NCBI RefSeq assembly: GCF_033153115.1
Contig: NW_026889761.1
Span: forward strand, 24,118,001-24,182,000
Origin: Saccostrea echinata
Lineage: Eukaryota
Length of the DNA: 64,000 bases
Direction of reading: 5' to 3'
Positions 1-18,800 of the stretch are shown piece after piece. The position numbers were made by a program, and so were the translations under genes. Below the pieces are notes generated by a model. The model worked only from the letters and a program-made list of their open reading frames with translations, was not told the DNA's origin and did not search any database. Within the stretch, counting starts at the first letter, position 1; every line of letters starts with the position of its first letter.

Positions 1-111
1 TGGGAAAACCTTCAATTTTTGTGAAAAATAAAAAAAAAGTCAGTTCATCATTTAACATTTTAGCTTTCGGCTGATTATTTTTTATAATATAAAATCATTT
101 GATATAATTAC

Positions 112-931
112 CCGTTCCTCTGGTGGACATTTAAACAGATTCTGAAAAGTTGCCACAATATTTTTGGTAAACCTTGGAGCAAATACATCTTTTTCTTGGC
201 CAAACTGATGTCTTGACTGTCTAACAATTGAATCAATCACATACAGCCCTGGTACTTTGTATTCTGGTTTACACTGAAATGAACATATAACAATGAAACC
301 AAGACTCTTTCTACTGCATGCTGTTTACAATGCACTTTCACTTTGATTTACAAAACATAATTGTGTTCATACCAAATTAAATTGCACATTGAAATACCTT
401 AAGTATAAATTTTTCGACACTCTGCACCACATGCTTGTAGAATTTAATGGCTTTTATTGCACATTTGGTAACATTGGCCATCTTTGCTCGAGATATTGGT
501 GGCCTCGTCTCGTACAATGAGGACAACTGCAAAATATAAATGACATTTAAATGACATGAAATATATACATGACAATAATATCGAAGCTTTTAAAAGTTTA
601 TTATTTTATTGTTCCAAAATTACCACTTGCCTTTTGATTGAAATTAAGAAGTAAAAACTGCATCGTGCCCTTTTCATCGATTACATAGATTGAGCAAGAC
701 TCCGTAAAAAGGCAATTTATCATACAAAAAGGAGTATTTACTTTTATAAAATATGCAGAAAAAAGGTGTATGGATGAAGAGTAAACAAGGTTTTTAACTT
801 AAGAGCCAAGGTTCACGTCTACCGGCGTGCTACTCAAGAAGAACGGCAACTCAATAATCGAAAAGTAAATTATTAGTTGAAAACTCTACATGTAAACAAA
901 CCTCATTGTTGAACGCTCTTACGGCCTCCAT
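112..931 (-). CDS. SCAF8: SR-related CTD-associated factor 4/8 (CID domain), first three coding exons; gene continues beyond window start
   Basis: GT-AG exons 931-902 (MEAVRAFNNE), 526-398 (LSSLYETRPPISRAKMANVTKCAIKAIKFYKHVVQSVEKFILK) and 273-112 (CKPEYKVPGLYVIDSIVRQSRHQFGQEKDVFAPRF...), all phase 0. Matches the N-terminal CID of SCAF4/SCAF8. Not in the ORF track; read manually. Confidence 0.93.
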
Positions 932-949
932 AATTATTGGAAATAGTTT

Positions 950-1300
950 CTGCTTTGGTTAAAGATCTGAAAACATTTTTGCAAGCAACTAGCAAAGGTG
1001 TTTTGTCACACCAAAGTGTGGCGTGCTATTTCCAAGATGGCGGTAAATCGCTGATGATTTCATGGAATGAATATCACGCGATGAATGATTGGTTGTTGTC
1101 ATTCCCATGGTCCAATGAAAAGATACGTTCTTCGGGATTCGGGAGAGACTTTCACAGCATGTTAACTTCCGGTTGGTAGTAAAAATTTTCTGTTCATGCA
1201 AAGATTGATTAAATTTATCTTTAGAGCAGAAAACATCACGTTGTCTGCACAATTTTACAGAAATTGAAATGAGCACACTGGTTTGTCTCAGGCGTAATGC
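950..1300. promoter_or_regulatory. Probable bidirectional promoter SCAF4/8 - MANEA
   Basis: Head-to-head arrangement; YY1-like AAGATGGCGG (~1034) and ETS-like ACTTCCGG (~1165); locally CpG-enriched. Confidence 0.5.
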
Positions 1301-1698
1301 ACAATTAGCTAACCGTAACGCGAGGAAGAGTGAAACCCTTTTGCTCTACAGGTCATGTGCTTTGTTTCAATATAAATGCACACACTTAAACGATGCTAAT
1401 TTCCCCAGACATACATACATTTTCAGAAGGTTAAAGAAATTAAACTTGAGAAATTAAACTTGAGAATACAATGTGCATTTTTGGCATCCATTTTATTATT
1501 TTAAAAAATTCACAAAGAAAATGAAGGTCATCTAGCTGTACATGTTATAATTAATTCAAGTATAAAGGAAGAACTGTTTTAGTAGTTGATAAGTTATTTC
1601 TACTGTGGGTTCAAGGATAAAGTTAAAAAAAAAAAGGATTTTTATAAAAGACAAGGCTCATTAATGCTCACACTGACCCTGACCCATTAGAGACAGCC

Positions 1699-2251
1699 TA
1701 GTCTGAAATATCTGACGTTTTCCTGGCTTTTTTACTATTTTTATATTTTACGTGCCAGGAAAATGTCAGAACTGGCGCCATTACGAAAACTGGAAATTTC
1801 GCTGTCTCCAATCAGAGTTGATTTTCGATACCTCGGAACCGAATTAAATTCCGTATTCACAACTTATCAATAGCATAATGCTTTTAGTACTCACCAATAT
1901 CGATGAAAAGAAAACATCACTCATTTCGATACAGGACTTGAAAGATTTTAAAATGCACGAAATGAAAACGAATTTCGACAGTAAGATAAAATGTTTTCAT
2001 CGGATTGTATATTTTATAAATAAACCATAAAAACGATGTTGGTGAGTACTAAAAGCATTGTACTATTGATAAATTGTGAGTTTGACATTTCATTCGCTTT
2101 GCAAGTATCGAAAATCAACCTGAGAATGCCGCCTCTGGGTGGAGGCGGCGAATTCCCAGTTTTCGTAATGGCACCGGTTCTGACGTTTTCCAGGCACGTT
2201 AAATATCAAAATCGTGAAAAAAGCCTGGAAAACATCAGATATTTCAGACTA
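1699..2251. mobile_element. Non-autonomous DNA transposon (MITE) with ~200-bp TIRs and 9-bp TSD
   Basis: Termini TAGTCTGAAATATCTGA...TCAGATATTTCAGACTA; direct repeat GAGACAGCC at 1690-1698 and 2252-2260. Confidence 0.88.
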
Positions 2252-3224
2252 GAGACAGCCCTGAATTGAGGTCATGCCACGTACGTTATGTACTTTTAAA
2301 ATTGTTCCACTTCATGTGGAGTATATTTTCATTTTAAGGTATATTTAACTACATTACTTGGTTGAAAAAAAACTCTGACAAAGTAACTTTCAAATAATCC
2401 TTTTGTTTTATACATAAAAAAGTAATAAAACAAAAGGAATTAGCAGGGAATTAGAATTTTAATTATTATATTACATGAATTTATTCAATTAAAACCAAAA
2501 ATTCCTAATGCCGAATGTTTCTTACCTTCAGAAAGATGAAGGAGACAGAAAACAACAACACATCTGTATATAGCATTAATGCACTTTAGATAATAATTTT
2601 AATATTAAATTGATTGGTTTAGCCAAAGTAACTGCATGGTCAATAGAACACATTTTGAATATTCCATGACAGATGTAATTTTTTTCTTTATTTCTTTTAA
2701 GGTGTAGGATAGGGCACATCCATTAATTCAGCTCTTGCACACACTGTGACATTGATTGGCCCCCTGGACTATCAGAGGTATTTAATATAGCTGCACTTGA
2801 CACACCTGTTTTAGTTTATAATTATTGACCATTCTAACATACAACTTAACAGTGGAGTAACGTTTTATATGGGATTTAGTGTTCTGTCTCTAAATAGACT
2901 TTGTAACCATGTTTTAGTTGTTATCTATTTTTAATCCATATACATGTTTCATTTAAAACATTTTAGATTTATTAGTATAAATTTAAACTGTTAAATGACA
3001 CTAAAATAGTAATTTGTCAAATCAAGTCCTTGAAATATTAAGCCATACTGTGAATGTATTATTTTACACTTGCAAATAGAAGATTTGAAAGCATGCAAAA
3101 TTCAATGATTATTAAGAGTGTACAAACTGAAGTCATGACATGCAACAAATAACATCCTATTTTCTTTTTAGGTTTTAAAGGAAAGGCAACATTATCAAAT
3201 CATGCTGGGCACATAGTGAGAGAT

Positions 3225-5223
3225 ATGAAAGTTTTGGGGCAAAGGTTATCGATCTTCAAATTTTCCTTGCTTGTATTTGTCCTCTTCATTGTCACTTCTT
3301 TCCTCTTTATATACTACCTGGATTCACTTTGGAGACAAACTAAAATTCATTTTAAGGAAAATGCTGAAAATTCCATCCCAGAGAAAAATCAGATTGAGCA
3401 GAAGAAGCAGATTATTGTAAATCAGATTCCCCCATTTCTTAAGGTAAAGCAACAAATGTTTGAAATGGCACTGGACAATGCCCAAAAAGAGGAAGAAGTC
3501 CGGAACAATTTAATGTCCCCCCAAACTACCTCTAAACCTCACCCTCATATCAACTACAACATTCACATCTTCTATTACCCATGGTATGGAAATCCTGAAC
3601 ATGATGGAAAGTATTATCATTGGAACCACCCTTATCTCCCCCACTGGGAGAAGGCAGAGGCAGCTAAATGGCCGTCAGGGAAACATGTGCCCCCCGATGA
3701 CATTGGAGCTAACTACTATCCCCAGCTGGGCCCCTACAGCTCTAGTGATCCAACAGTTGTTGAAGACCACATGAAACAGATTCAGCTGTCTGGAGCAGGT
3801 CAGTTTAGCAATTTTTCGTTTACACTTTGCCGTAATGTGAAGAGTATTGAATTTGTTTGCTTAAAATACATGCAATACCTATAATGAAAGACATGAAAAT
3901 TGAGATACATTTACATGTGTATATAGTTAATATTATAAATTAAGAGTTAATTATAATGATCAACGTGAGAGTTCCAATTTTGTAAATTAGATGTTTGAGG
4001 CACTGGGCCCTTTTCTTAACAGTGAAATAAAAAATCATAACTCTTAGAAAAACTCTTAGCAAAACTCTTAGACATGGATTTTGAAATTTAAAGTCAAGAA
4101 TGTGTTGCTTTTATGTAGGAGTATTGGCCGTATCCTGGTATCCACCAAATGATGCCGACAATGAAGGAAAACAACCAGACAAACTGACACCTCTTATCCT
4201 GGATATGGCTGACAAGTATCAGCTAAAGGTAGGCGACTCATTTGGAGAACTAGTAAAAAAAAAAAAGTAAAAAATCCTTTTATGTAGGTATGGCTGATAA
4301 ATATCAGGTAAACTATTTCCTAGTGTCTCACTTGTTATGGATAACAAGTACATGTAGTGTATCAGCTAAATTCAGATTACTTAATCCTGATGTATCTAAC
4401 AAGTACGAAACAAACTCTCTTACCAGGGTTAGTTTAGTAAATAGTGAGTATTGTGGACTGTTCATGTTTCCTGTCAGTGTTTAGCCCAATTTTTAAAATT
4501 CTTTCTTTTTGATAGGTAGCATTCCATATTGAACCATTTAAAGGCAGAGACCACAAAACCCTGAAAAATAACATCAAATACATTGTTGACACTTATGGAA
4601 AACACCCAGCCTTTTACAGACACTATGACAGATTGAAAAAGAAGCTTTTACCTGTGTACTATATTTATGATTCTTACCTTGTCAAGTCCTCAGATTGGGC
4701 AGAACTCTTCAGTTCTAGCGGATCGATATCCATTAGAAATACAGAATATGATGGGATATTCCTGGGTCTCCTTGTGGAGAGGCAACACAAGGAGAGCATC
4801 GCTAGTGCCGGCTTTGATGGCTACTACACTTACTTTGCTACAGATGGATTTACTTATGGTAGTTCCTGGAAGCACTGGAGAGAGATCATGAAGTATGCAA
4901 GAGGGAGGAAAATGTTGTTTGTCCCCAGTGTAGGGCCAGGGTATGTAGACACCAGGGTACGTCCGTGGAATGGAAAGAATACTCGGTCTCGTCAGGACGG
5001 ACAGTATTACCGACTTGCTCTGCAGAGTGCATTAGATGTTAACCCTTCCTTGGTATCCATTACGTCTTTCAATGAATGGCATGAGGGGACACAGATAGAA
5101 ACTGCTGTCCCTAAAGTCACTAAAAACTTCACATACTCAGATTATGGATCTGGAGGACCTCAGTTTTATCTCAACCTTACCCGACAATGTTTGTCAAAAT
5201 TTAAAACAGAAGATTTAACCTAA
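3225..5223 (+). CDS. MANEA: Glycoprotein endo-alpha-1,2-mannosidase (GH99)
   Basis: Exons 3225-3798, 4119-4228 and 4516-5223 join in frame. N-terminal TM anchor, HIFYYPWYGNP, DDIGANYYP, VAFHIEPF and the catalytic SFNEWHEGTQIE motif. Confidence 0.95.
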
Positions 5224-5609
5224 GTACTGTTATCATTCAATAGCATTTTGTACTTTAATATTTAGTAAATATGAAACTCTATTTTACACGTATATGTGGA
5301 TGAACATATAATTTATTTTGTTGTTAGTATATATTTTTCATTAAATTCATATAGCTATATATTTTATAGCTATGATAAAGTGCCAAGTAATTTATTCTCT
5401 TTTATAAAATCTACAATTATCAGTTTTACTTTGTAATTGATATGGTTGTCTGCTTTATATGGTCAATAAGATCAGATATATGGTTTGTTAACTTAACAAG
5501 TGAGCACTGTCAGTTGACTATGTTTAGTACATAATGTTATAAAGTATGTTTTCATTTGAATATGCATTCCCCCCTTGAAAAGCGGGGGGTTCATAGTGAT
5601 TCCTCCCTA

Positions 5610-5850
5610 CTTAAAGGTCTTTGGCCCCTGAAGACACCAACCTAGGCTCTTCCCTAGCAGGTCTTTCACAAGTCATGCACTTCCTAAATCCTAGTCATGG
5701 CACCAAATATAACGGGAGAGGAGGAAAATGTTACGGACCAGACCAGGATTCAAACCCCAGCCCCCTGAGTCTCCAGTCAGGTGTTTTAGCTACCAACTAA
5801 GCTATCTGGCCACTGGTGATCAAACCCCTCTGACTGCCACATTACCTATG
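5610..5850 (-). repeat. tRNA-related SINE-like dispersed repeat
   Basis: Degenerate tRNA-like A/B boxes on - strand at ~5735-5810; shares segments (gacaccaacc.aggctcttcc...gcaggtctttcac) with 14060-14190. Confidence 0.5.
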
Positions 5851-6204
5851 TTTAATTAATGAATTCTTTTTAAAATCCCCTTGTATATGAGAAGGGGCTG
5901 GGGAGGGTGATCAATCAAAATACATATTAAGCAGATTCAGAAGTTTATGAGAGGGAGGGGGTTGATGGGTCCAACCACTTGAAAAGGGGTCCACAACACA
6001 TTTTGGTTTCCTAGTTTTCACTGGACCCCCATCCTACACCATGAATTACACCCATTTATTTATTTGTATTTTTATTATCTATCTTGTTGATCTCTCATAA
6101 ATGTGTGTTTTTTTTTCTGATTAAAAAAAGTCCAGTCTCAACCCCCCCCCCCCTTTTCTGAATCTTATCGGTCTCTCGTTATTTCCCAATCATGACAAAG
6201 AGCA

Positions 6205-6365
6205 CACGTTGGGTGTGACCGGTTGGCAGGGAATGCTCACTCCTCCATGGCACCTGATCCCACCTCTTCTGTTTTAGAGGTCCATGTTTGCTCTGCTCCA
6301 AAATTTGTATTCGTTGCTTAATGATCGACTTTTGAGCTTCAGATACTGTTCGTTATCTCCATATA
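6205..6365 (+). repeat. Dispersed repeat fragment (retroelement-like)
   Basis: ggcagggaatgctcactcctccatggcacctgatccc...gttcgttatctcca; further copies at 16230+17900-18025 and ~47200-47310. Confidence 0.6.
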
Positions 6366-6814
6366 ATTCATTCTCAACAACAGGCAAAAAAATCTGACAA
6401 GCAAAAAAGAAAAAAAAAAGGGGGGGAGGGCAACTTCCCAAATTTATCTGACAAGCAAAAAAAAAAAGCTTATTTACTGTCCAAATCCTGGAATTTGCAT
6501 GCTTGAGATCTTACAACATCCAACAGTGGGGGGAGGGAGGCAATCAGCATCTAAAGAAAAATTTACTTTTAGCAAAATACTATACTCTTCTACGGGCCAG
6601 TAGCTAGAACTAAAATTGTCACTGAATGTAAAATGTGTGGAAAGTAAGGGAACGAAAAAATCATGTACAACTTACCCAAAAATCGATTAGAATTCTTTTA
6701 AGTACAAGTTAATATGGTTACCAAGTTTTGGTCATTAGAGAGTTTGTCATAAAGATTCTAATAAAGTAGATCTTACGGAGTGTATTGACATTGATGATAT
6801 TATTTTACCAAACA

Positions 6815-12849
<6,035 letters not shown>

Positions 12850-13774
12850 GGAATAAAGAGATTGAAGCAATGCAATAAGTAGCAATATACATGAACATGA
12901 CCAGAGTTCTGTGAAGGATTTATAGACATCACAAACTCTGCTGATCTCCATACCATTGAGGACTACCAGTAGTTTATGTCATAATGTGTGTAGCTGAAGC
13001 ATTAGGCTTCACATAGAAAGCTGAAATAGTATATGTCTAATGGTCTATATATCCAACCTTTAAATAAACAGAATACAGATTTATCAAAGAAAGTCGAAGA
13101 AAGCAACTTTTAATGTGTTCAATTCTTATGAAGATGGACTCGTATTAAGTTTTAAATGTTAAAATTTGTTCCTTGCAAGCATTCACACTTTCGTAAGTAC
13201 ATATATACATTAATTCATTGTACATGTACATGTATGTAAGGTTGTGAATTATAAAACTGTCATCAAACAATTCAGCATTAACTATGATTTAGTCATTTCA
13301 AAAGCACTGTTCCATTTTTAGAGTGAGTTTGAAGAATACATTCTCAACTGCTGATGTAGGCATCATACATATATTTTGTTATAATTTTTTTGTTAGATAT
13401 GCAGCATTTGTCTTGTAGATGTACTTTTTTTTTAAATAGATAAATCTTTTTTCTACAAACAAATGAGACTGTTCCTCATATTTGCCTTGACTGTAAATTC
13501 AAATCAATTGCACAAAATCTAATTTCATTTTTTTTTTTCAGCTTTTTATGCCTTCCCATTGCAGTTGACTAATTAATCCTGTTGCTGTTAAGATGGACAC
13601 ACAAATAGAATCATTTTCAAAAAATAACATTTTCAAGAACTCTACAATACTCTATGAAATTTATCCAGCCAGATCCTGTCCTCATAAAATTGGTTACAAC
13701 TCTTCAAGATCTTGTGACCTTGTACAAATGACTGTCTTAAAGACATGTCATATACCAGTATTGCAATTCCTACA

Positions 13775-13965
13775 TTGTATACAGGGCAATTTTTGCCCCT
13801 TTTGCCCTCATTGCAAAAAGGGCAAATTTAAAACAGGGCAAATTGAAAGAAGGCAGCATTATCTCTTTAACGCGACAGTGTCTGGGCGAATTTAAGACAG
13901 GGTAAGATTGTTTGCAGGTGTAAAAATGCAAAACTAACGTGGCAAAAATAATCATCTATACAGTA
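13775..13965. mobile_element. Degenerate Tc1/mariner-type MITE
   Basis: Termini ..tgtatacagggcaattttt / atcatctatacagta with TA flank. Confidence 0.4.
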
Positions 13966-14393
13966 TATCCCCAAAAAGAATATTACAAAACAATCAAATT
14001 TAGAAACATCACTAGAAAAATATTTCTAAATCCCTAATCAGATCTGATACAAAATTGCCAACTGAGCTCTTTGGCCACCAGCGATCAAACCTGCCTGACA
14101 ACCACATTCCTCCCCATTGCCCCCAAAGACACCAACCCAGGCTCTTCCTGGCAGGTCTTTCACCTGTCACTTCCAGGGCATGGCATGGCACAGTAAAAGG
14201 TACATGTAATTGGAAAATGTATACTTGTTTGTATTGTTAATTTACCTGAGACAGTCCGATATTTTTACAAATGGCAAAAGTATTAATGACCATTGAAGCA
14301 AGTCTTTCAGGAATGCATGCCTAAATGAGAACTACACACTCGGTAATTTTTTTGGCCAGTAATTGTAATTGATTGTGTAACAGAGACATTTAT

Positions 14394-14466
14394 GTGCCTC
14401 TGCTGGGGATTGAACCCGGGGCCTCTGGATTGCCAGTTCAGTGCTCTACCGATTGAGCTAAAGGGT
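14394..14466 (-). pseudogene. tRNA-like sequence (SINE head or tRNA pseudogene)
   Basis: - strand: TAGCTCAATCGGTAGAGC (A box), GGTTCAATCCC (B box); acceptor and anticodon stems mismatched. Confidence 0.55.
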
Positions 14467-15822
14467 TAACACACAGGCCCAAGCTAGTAGGATGCCTTAC
14501 ACTACACAAAAGTTTTGACACAATTCCAATAGGGCCAACATATCATGTGGGGCCATAATTAGCCAAACTGAATTGAATTGGGTTAATAACCCATGCTCCC
14601 TAAATCAGAGATTTTTTATCATATACAAGTTCACATGAAAATTCAATGTGTTATCAAAACAGAATTCTTGAAGCAGTTCTTGAAGGGAATGAACACAAAA
14701 ACAAATGTATGCATCAGAAAAAGTTTTTATTCCATTTTAAAGAGTAATCTTATGAAGAATTGTAAGTATAGATGCATAAGGTTTCCAAACACAAAATATA
14801 ATTATACATGTACCTGTAATTTCAATTACAACAAATTTAAATGCACTACATGTATAAAAGATAATTATCCTTTGATCTAAATACTGATTTGAAAATATAG
14901 AATTCATTAATTACATGTATAATTTAATGTAACAATCTGTTGCAGAAACTGCTGTTGGTAAGGATGCAATTTAGCTGTTAAGAATTAAATAGAGCAACTC
15001 TTAGATAAAACACTTTTTACTTAATTTTTACAAAGAAAATATTGTTAAATCTGACTCCCTGATCCCCTCCCAATGCCATTTTCAGCAAAGAAATTATACA
15101 TGTATTTTAACATAACCATATATCCAGATATTTAATTACACCTATTGAAAAAAAAAATTTACATGAAAGAAAAGATAGCTCTTAATCTGAAACAAGCTCC
15201 ATAATTTTTTTTAGTATTTAAATGCCAAAATTCATATAATGTATCAAAAGTTACTGAATTATTAAATAAAAATGATCTAAACAGTTCATTCATAGTTGAA
15301 TAAGAGTGGAGAAAAAATATTAAACCCGAAATATTGTATATGGAGCCATAAAATTTCAACATACACATACAACACTATGTGACAATAGGCAAACATGTGA
15401 GGGTGAGAATGTTTCATAGATGAAGTAAAAATTTTCTTATACAAACATGTAAATGTTGGTATCCTATTATAATGGATGATTTTGTCCATTGTTCAACATT
15501 ACAATTTAATAAACACTGACAAAGTATCATACATGTATGTACACGTTCAGCAAAACAACTGAGTGACAAAGAATACATACAGGCTCATACTTTTAACTGT
15601 TCACAGTATCTACAGGTAGTGTCATCTTCAAAACATCAAGTTTTGAGTACATTTAAGAACTTAATAATTTACATGCACTTCAATGTCCAAACATTTGAAA
15701 ACAACAGACAGATTTTATGATGTATGAAACGGAACAGGTAGCCAAGCCAGGAGGTTCCCCTAACACAGCTCAAATGTCCCTCTGTTCTGTAGTCAACTAA
15801 AAGGCTTTGACAAAAATCTTCT

Positions 15823-18800
15823 TTATAACTGTAAAATATATTAAAAAAAATAAATAAATAAAGAGATCATGAATACACAAGATCGTGATTTTTTATAGTG
15901 TGTGAGCAGCTTACAAAGGAGAGAACAGGTCAAGATATTATAATTATTACAGAGTTTGTGAAAACCCCCACACATCTGCTTCTTTATTAAAAAAAAAATA
16001 ACTGAGAGTAAAAAAAAAACCAATACAATACCACTGTGTTAAATTACACAATATACTTACATCATCAATCTCATCGTCATCGCCGTCAAAATCTCCAAAC
16101 TCAATGTTGTCCTCGGCTTCCTCATCGTTAACATTCTCATTGATTCTGGCTGTAAAACACAAACAGAACGATGTAAACTATATCATTAACAAAGAATCAA
16201 ATATTACTTATTTCTTCAAGACATTTCAAGGCAGGGGATCAGGGCTCGACATTAACTTTTTTCCCTACTTGTCCATTCGGACAAGTGAACAAGACATTTA
16301 CTTGTCCGAACTTCAACTTCACTTGTCTGAAAAATTTTCAATAAATATCTAATACTGTCAACTGGAAAACTAAACTTAAGTCCATTACACATGACATGTG
16401 CTTGATTGACAGATCTGGGCGGCCTCCGTTTTTGGAGGATAGCTAAATTCAATATGGCTGCCAAAATTTTTACCATATATGGAAACCGCGTTGCATTGTG
16501 GGATAGTTTATCCTCCGATTTCAGAGGATAACAAAGGTAATTTTCAAACACCTCGTGCCTACCTTTAATCAAAAAGTGCAAGCACCTGAGTACATGCAAA
16601 TAAAAGTTCAAACATTAAACTATCGATTGTATGTGGCGATTTGAGATTCTATGTCTAGATATTTTGCAATTTATTTTCAAAGTTAGCACTTTTTGCGCTC
16701 TATAAATACTGAATACTTATTGTTATTTTGTTTTATTTTTTATAATTTTTTCCTATTTAGACAAATAAAAAAGGACTTTAATATTTTTTTTATATTTTCT
16801 TTTAATTCAAAAAAAGGAAACACAAAAGGAAATGCATTTTAAGCGTATTTAAAATGCAAAATATACTCTGCCTTATAACTTAAGCAAATAAAAATATAAA
16901 TGGATTGAATGAATAATTATGAAAATAAATAAATAATTTGAATAGCATAAGCAAATAAAATAAATAATTTAGCATGTTTACTAAGAAATTAACATATATT
17001 CATACAGCTATGTGTATACACACATAAACAAATAAAATATTACAAAGTGATTTGCTTAAGAATTATTAAATGAAAGAAATAAATGATTAAAATTAATTTT
17101 TCCAAAAAAATTGTTTATCAAAATTTCTAAACTGCTTATCACATAATTACGATACTGGAAAATCAGCGTGGTTATAATTAACCTCAGTCACAGGCAGGTA
17201 AGTGCATTATTTGTTTTCCAAGCTGTATACCAAATAACTGATTGACGGCAAATTACAAAAATATAGTTATATTGATTTAATATCTGGAATTATCCATCAT
17301 CATATGAAATTGTACCTTTTATTTGTTTTGATTTCGAAGTCAGCGTACGGTTCATAAATGCAAGAGTTGTTGTTATTTGTTTGGTTAAGAGTTAACTGCC
17401 CTTAGTTTTGAAAATTCCGGCAGGTGGCAAGACCGCTATCCTCTGTTTTCAGTGGATAAAATCTATCGTCCAAAAACAGAGGCCGCCTAGACCTGATTGA
17501 TTCGTGATGTTACTGATAAATACAACAAACACATAAAACGAAATTTTATCTAGTCTTTCTGGTCTGACAACAACATAAATGTCCACAAGTGAACCAAACT
17601 TTGTTAAGTTCGTAAGTTCCATGCCTTTTCAGTAGTATGCAATTAGTGAACTTTGATCACGATCGAATGTGAACTCAACTAATAGCAATCCCTATCGGGA
17701 TCGAAGTCCAGTTTTTATGTACAGCTTCCGTCTTGAAACTACCGATTAACTTTCAACAGTCGTTTTTTTTAATTATTTAGAGACTCCTTTACATTAAAAT
17801 GCACTTGTCCAATCGGACAAGTGCCCAGCAATATTCACTTGTCCCTAATTTTTTTTCACTGGTACCGGACAAGCGGACAAGCGTTAATGTCGAGCCCTGG
17901 GGATGCTCACTCCTCCATGGCACTTGATCCCATCTCTGATGATTTGGAGGTCTGTGTTTGCTCTGCTCCATCATTTGTATTGTTTAATGGACTTTTGAGC
18001 TTGAATACTGTTCGTTATCTCCATACATTTCATTATATCTAATTTAGAAAGCATCTCAGTTTTCCACTTCAGTACAATTTGATGATGTTATATGGCTAGT
18101 TTATATGTATGACCTTGAAAAAGAACTGAAAGAGGGTTTAAGAACAAGATGGTCTAAGACTAATTTTTTTCTATCAGACAAAAAGTAACTCCGGGGTGGA
18201 ATAGGAATACCAGCTCAGACAAGAAAAAGGAGAAATTGAGGTATATAATTAGGGAAGAAAAAGGAGAAATTGAGGTATATAATTAGACAAACTTGATTCT
18301 GGCAGTTCTCCATACGCCTTCAGATTCCTGGCTTCATCTGCTGTATATTTCAGAATAACATCAGCCTTTGTGTCTTGAAATTCTCGGAGGCCCAATAGTA
18401 TAATGTCACCACCATTTATCCAAACCTATGAAAAAATGTATTTTTTTCAACTCTGCTTTCGCTATTCATGTGAAAAATTGAGCACAGTTTATAGGAAAAT
18501 GCTGACAAAATAACCCCATGTGTGCCCAGTATACATTCCTAGCATTAAGGCCATCAATTATTTCCTGACTATAAACATTTACTTGTTTTGAACATATTTT
18601 ATTGACAATAGGTCAAAGGAATTGGACACAAGTTCTAGAAACTTCGATAGTCTTCTCCCATTTACTGGAGTGAAACCTTATGTTACAACTTGAAATCTGT
18701 CACTGCTTTTCACCTTTTGAGTATCTCGGTAGTTTAATTTTTCTGGAGTCTGACATTTTCATGATCACAAATTAAACTGTCATCAGATAAAGAATTTAAA

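Noticed and set aside
14394-14466. Functional tRNA gene
   Set aside because: Acceptor and anticodon stems mismatched; more consistent with a SINE head or pseudogene
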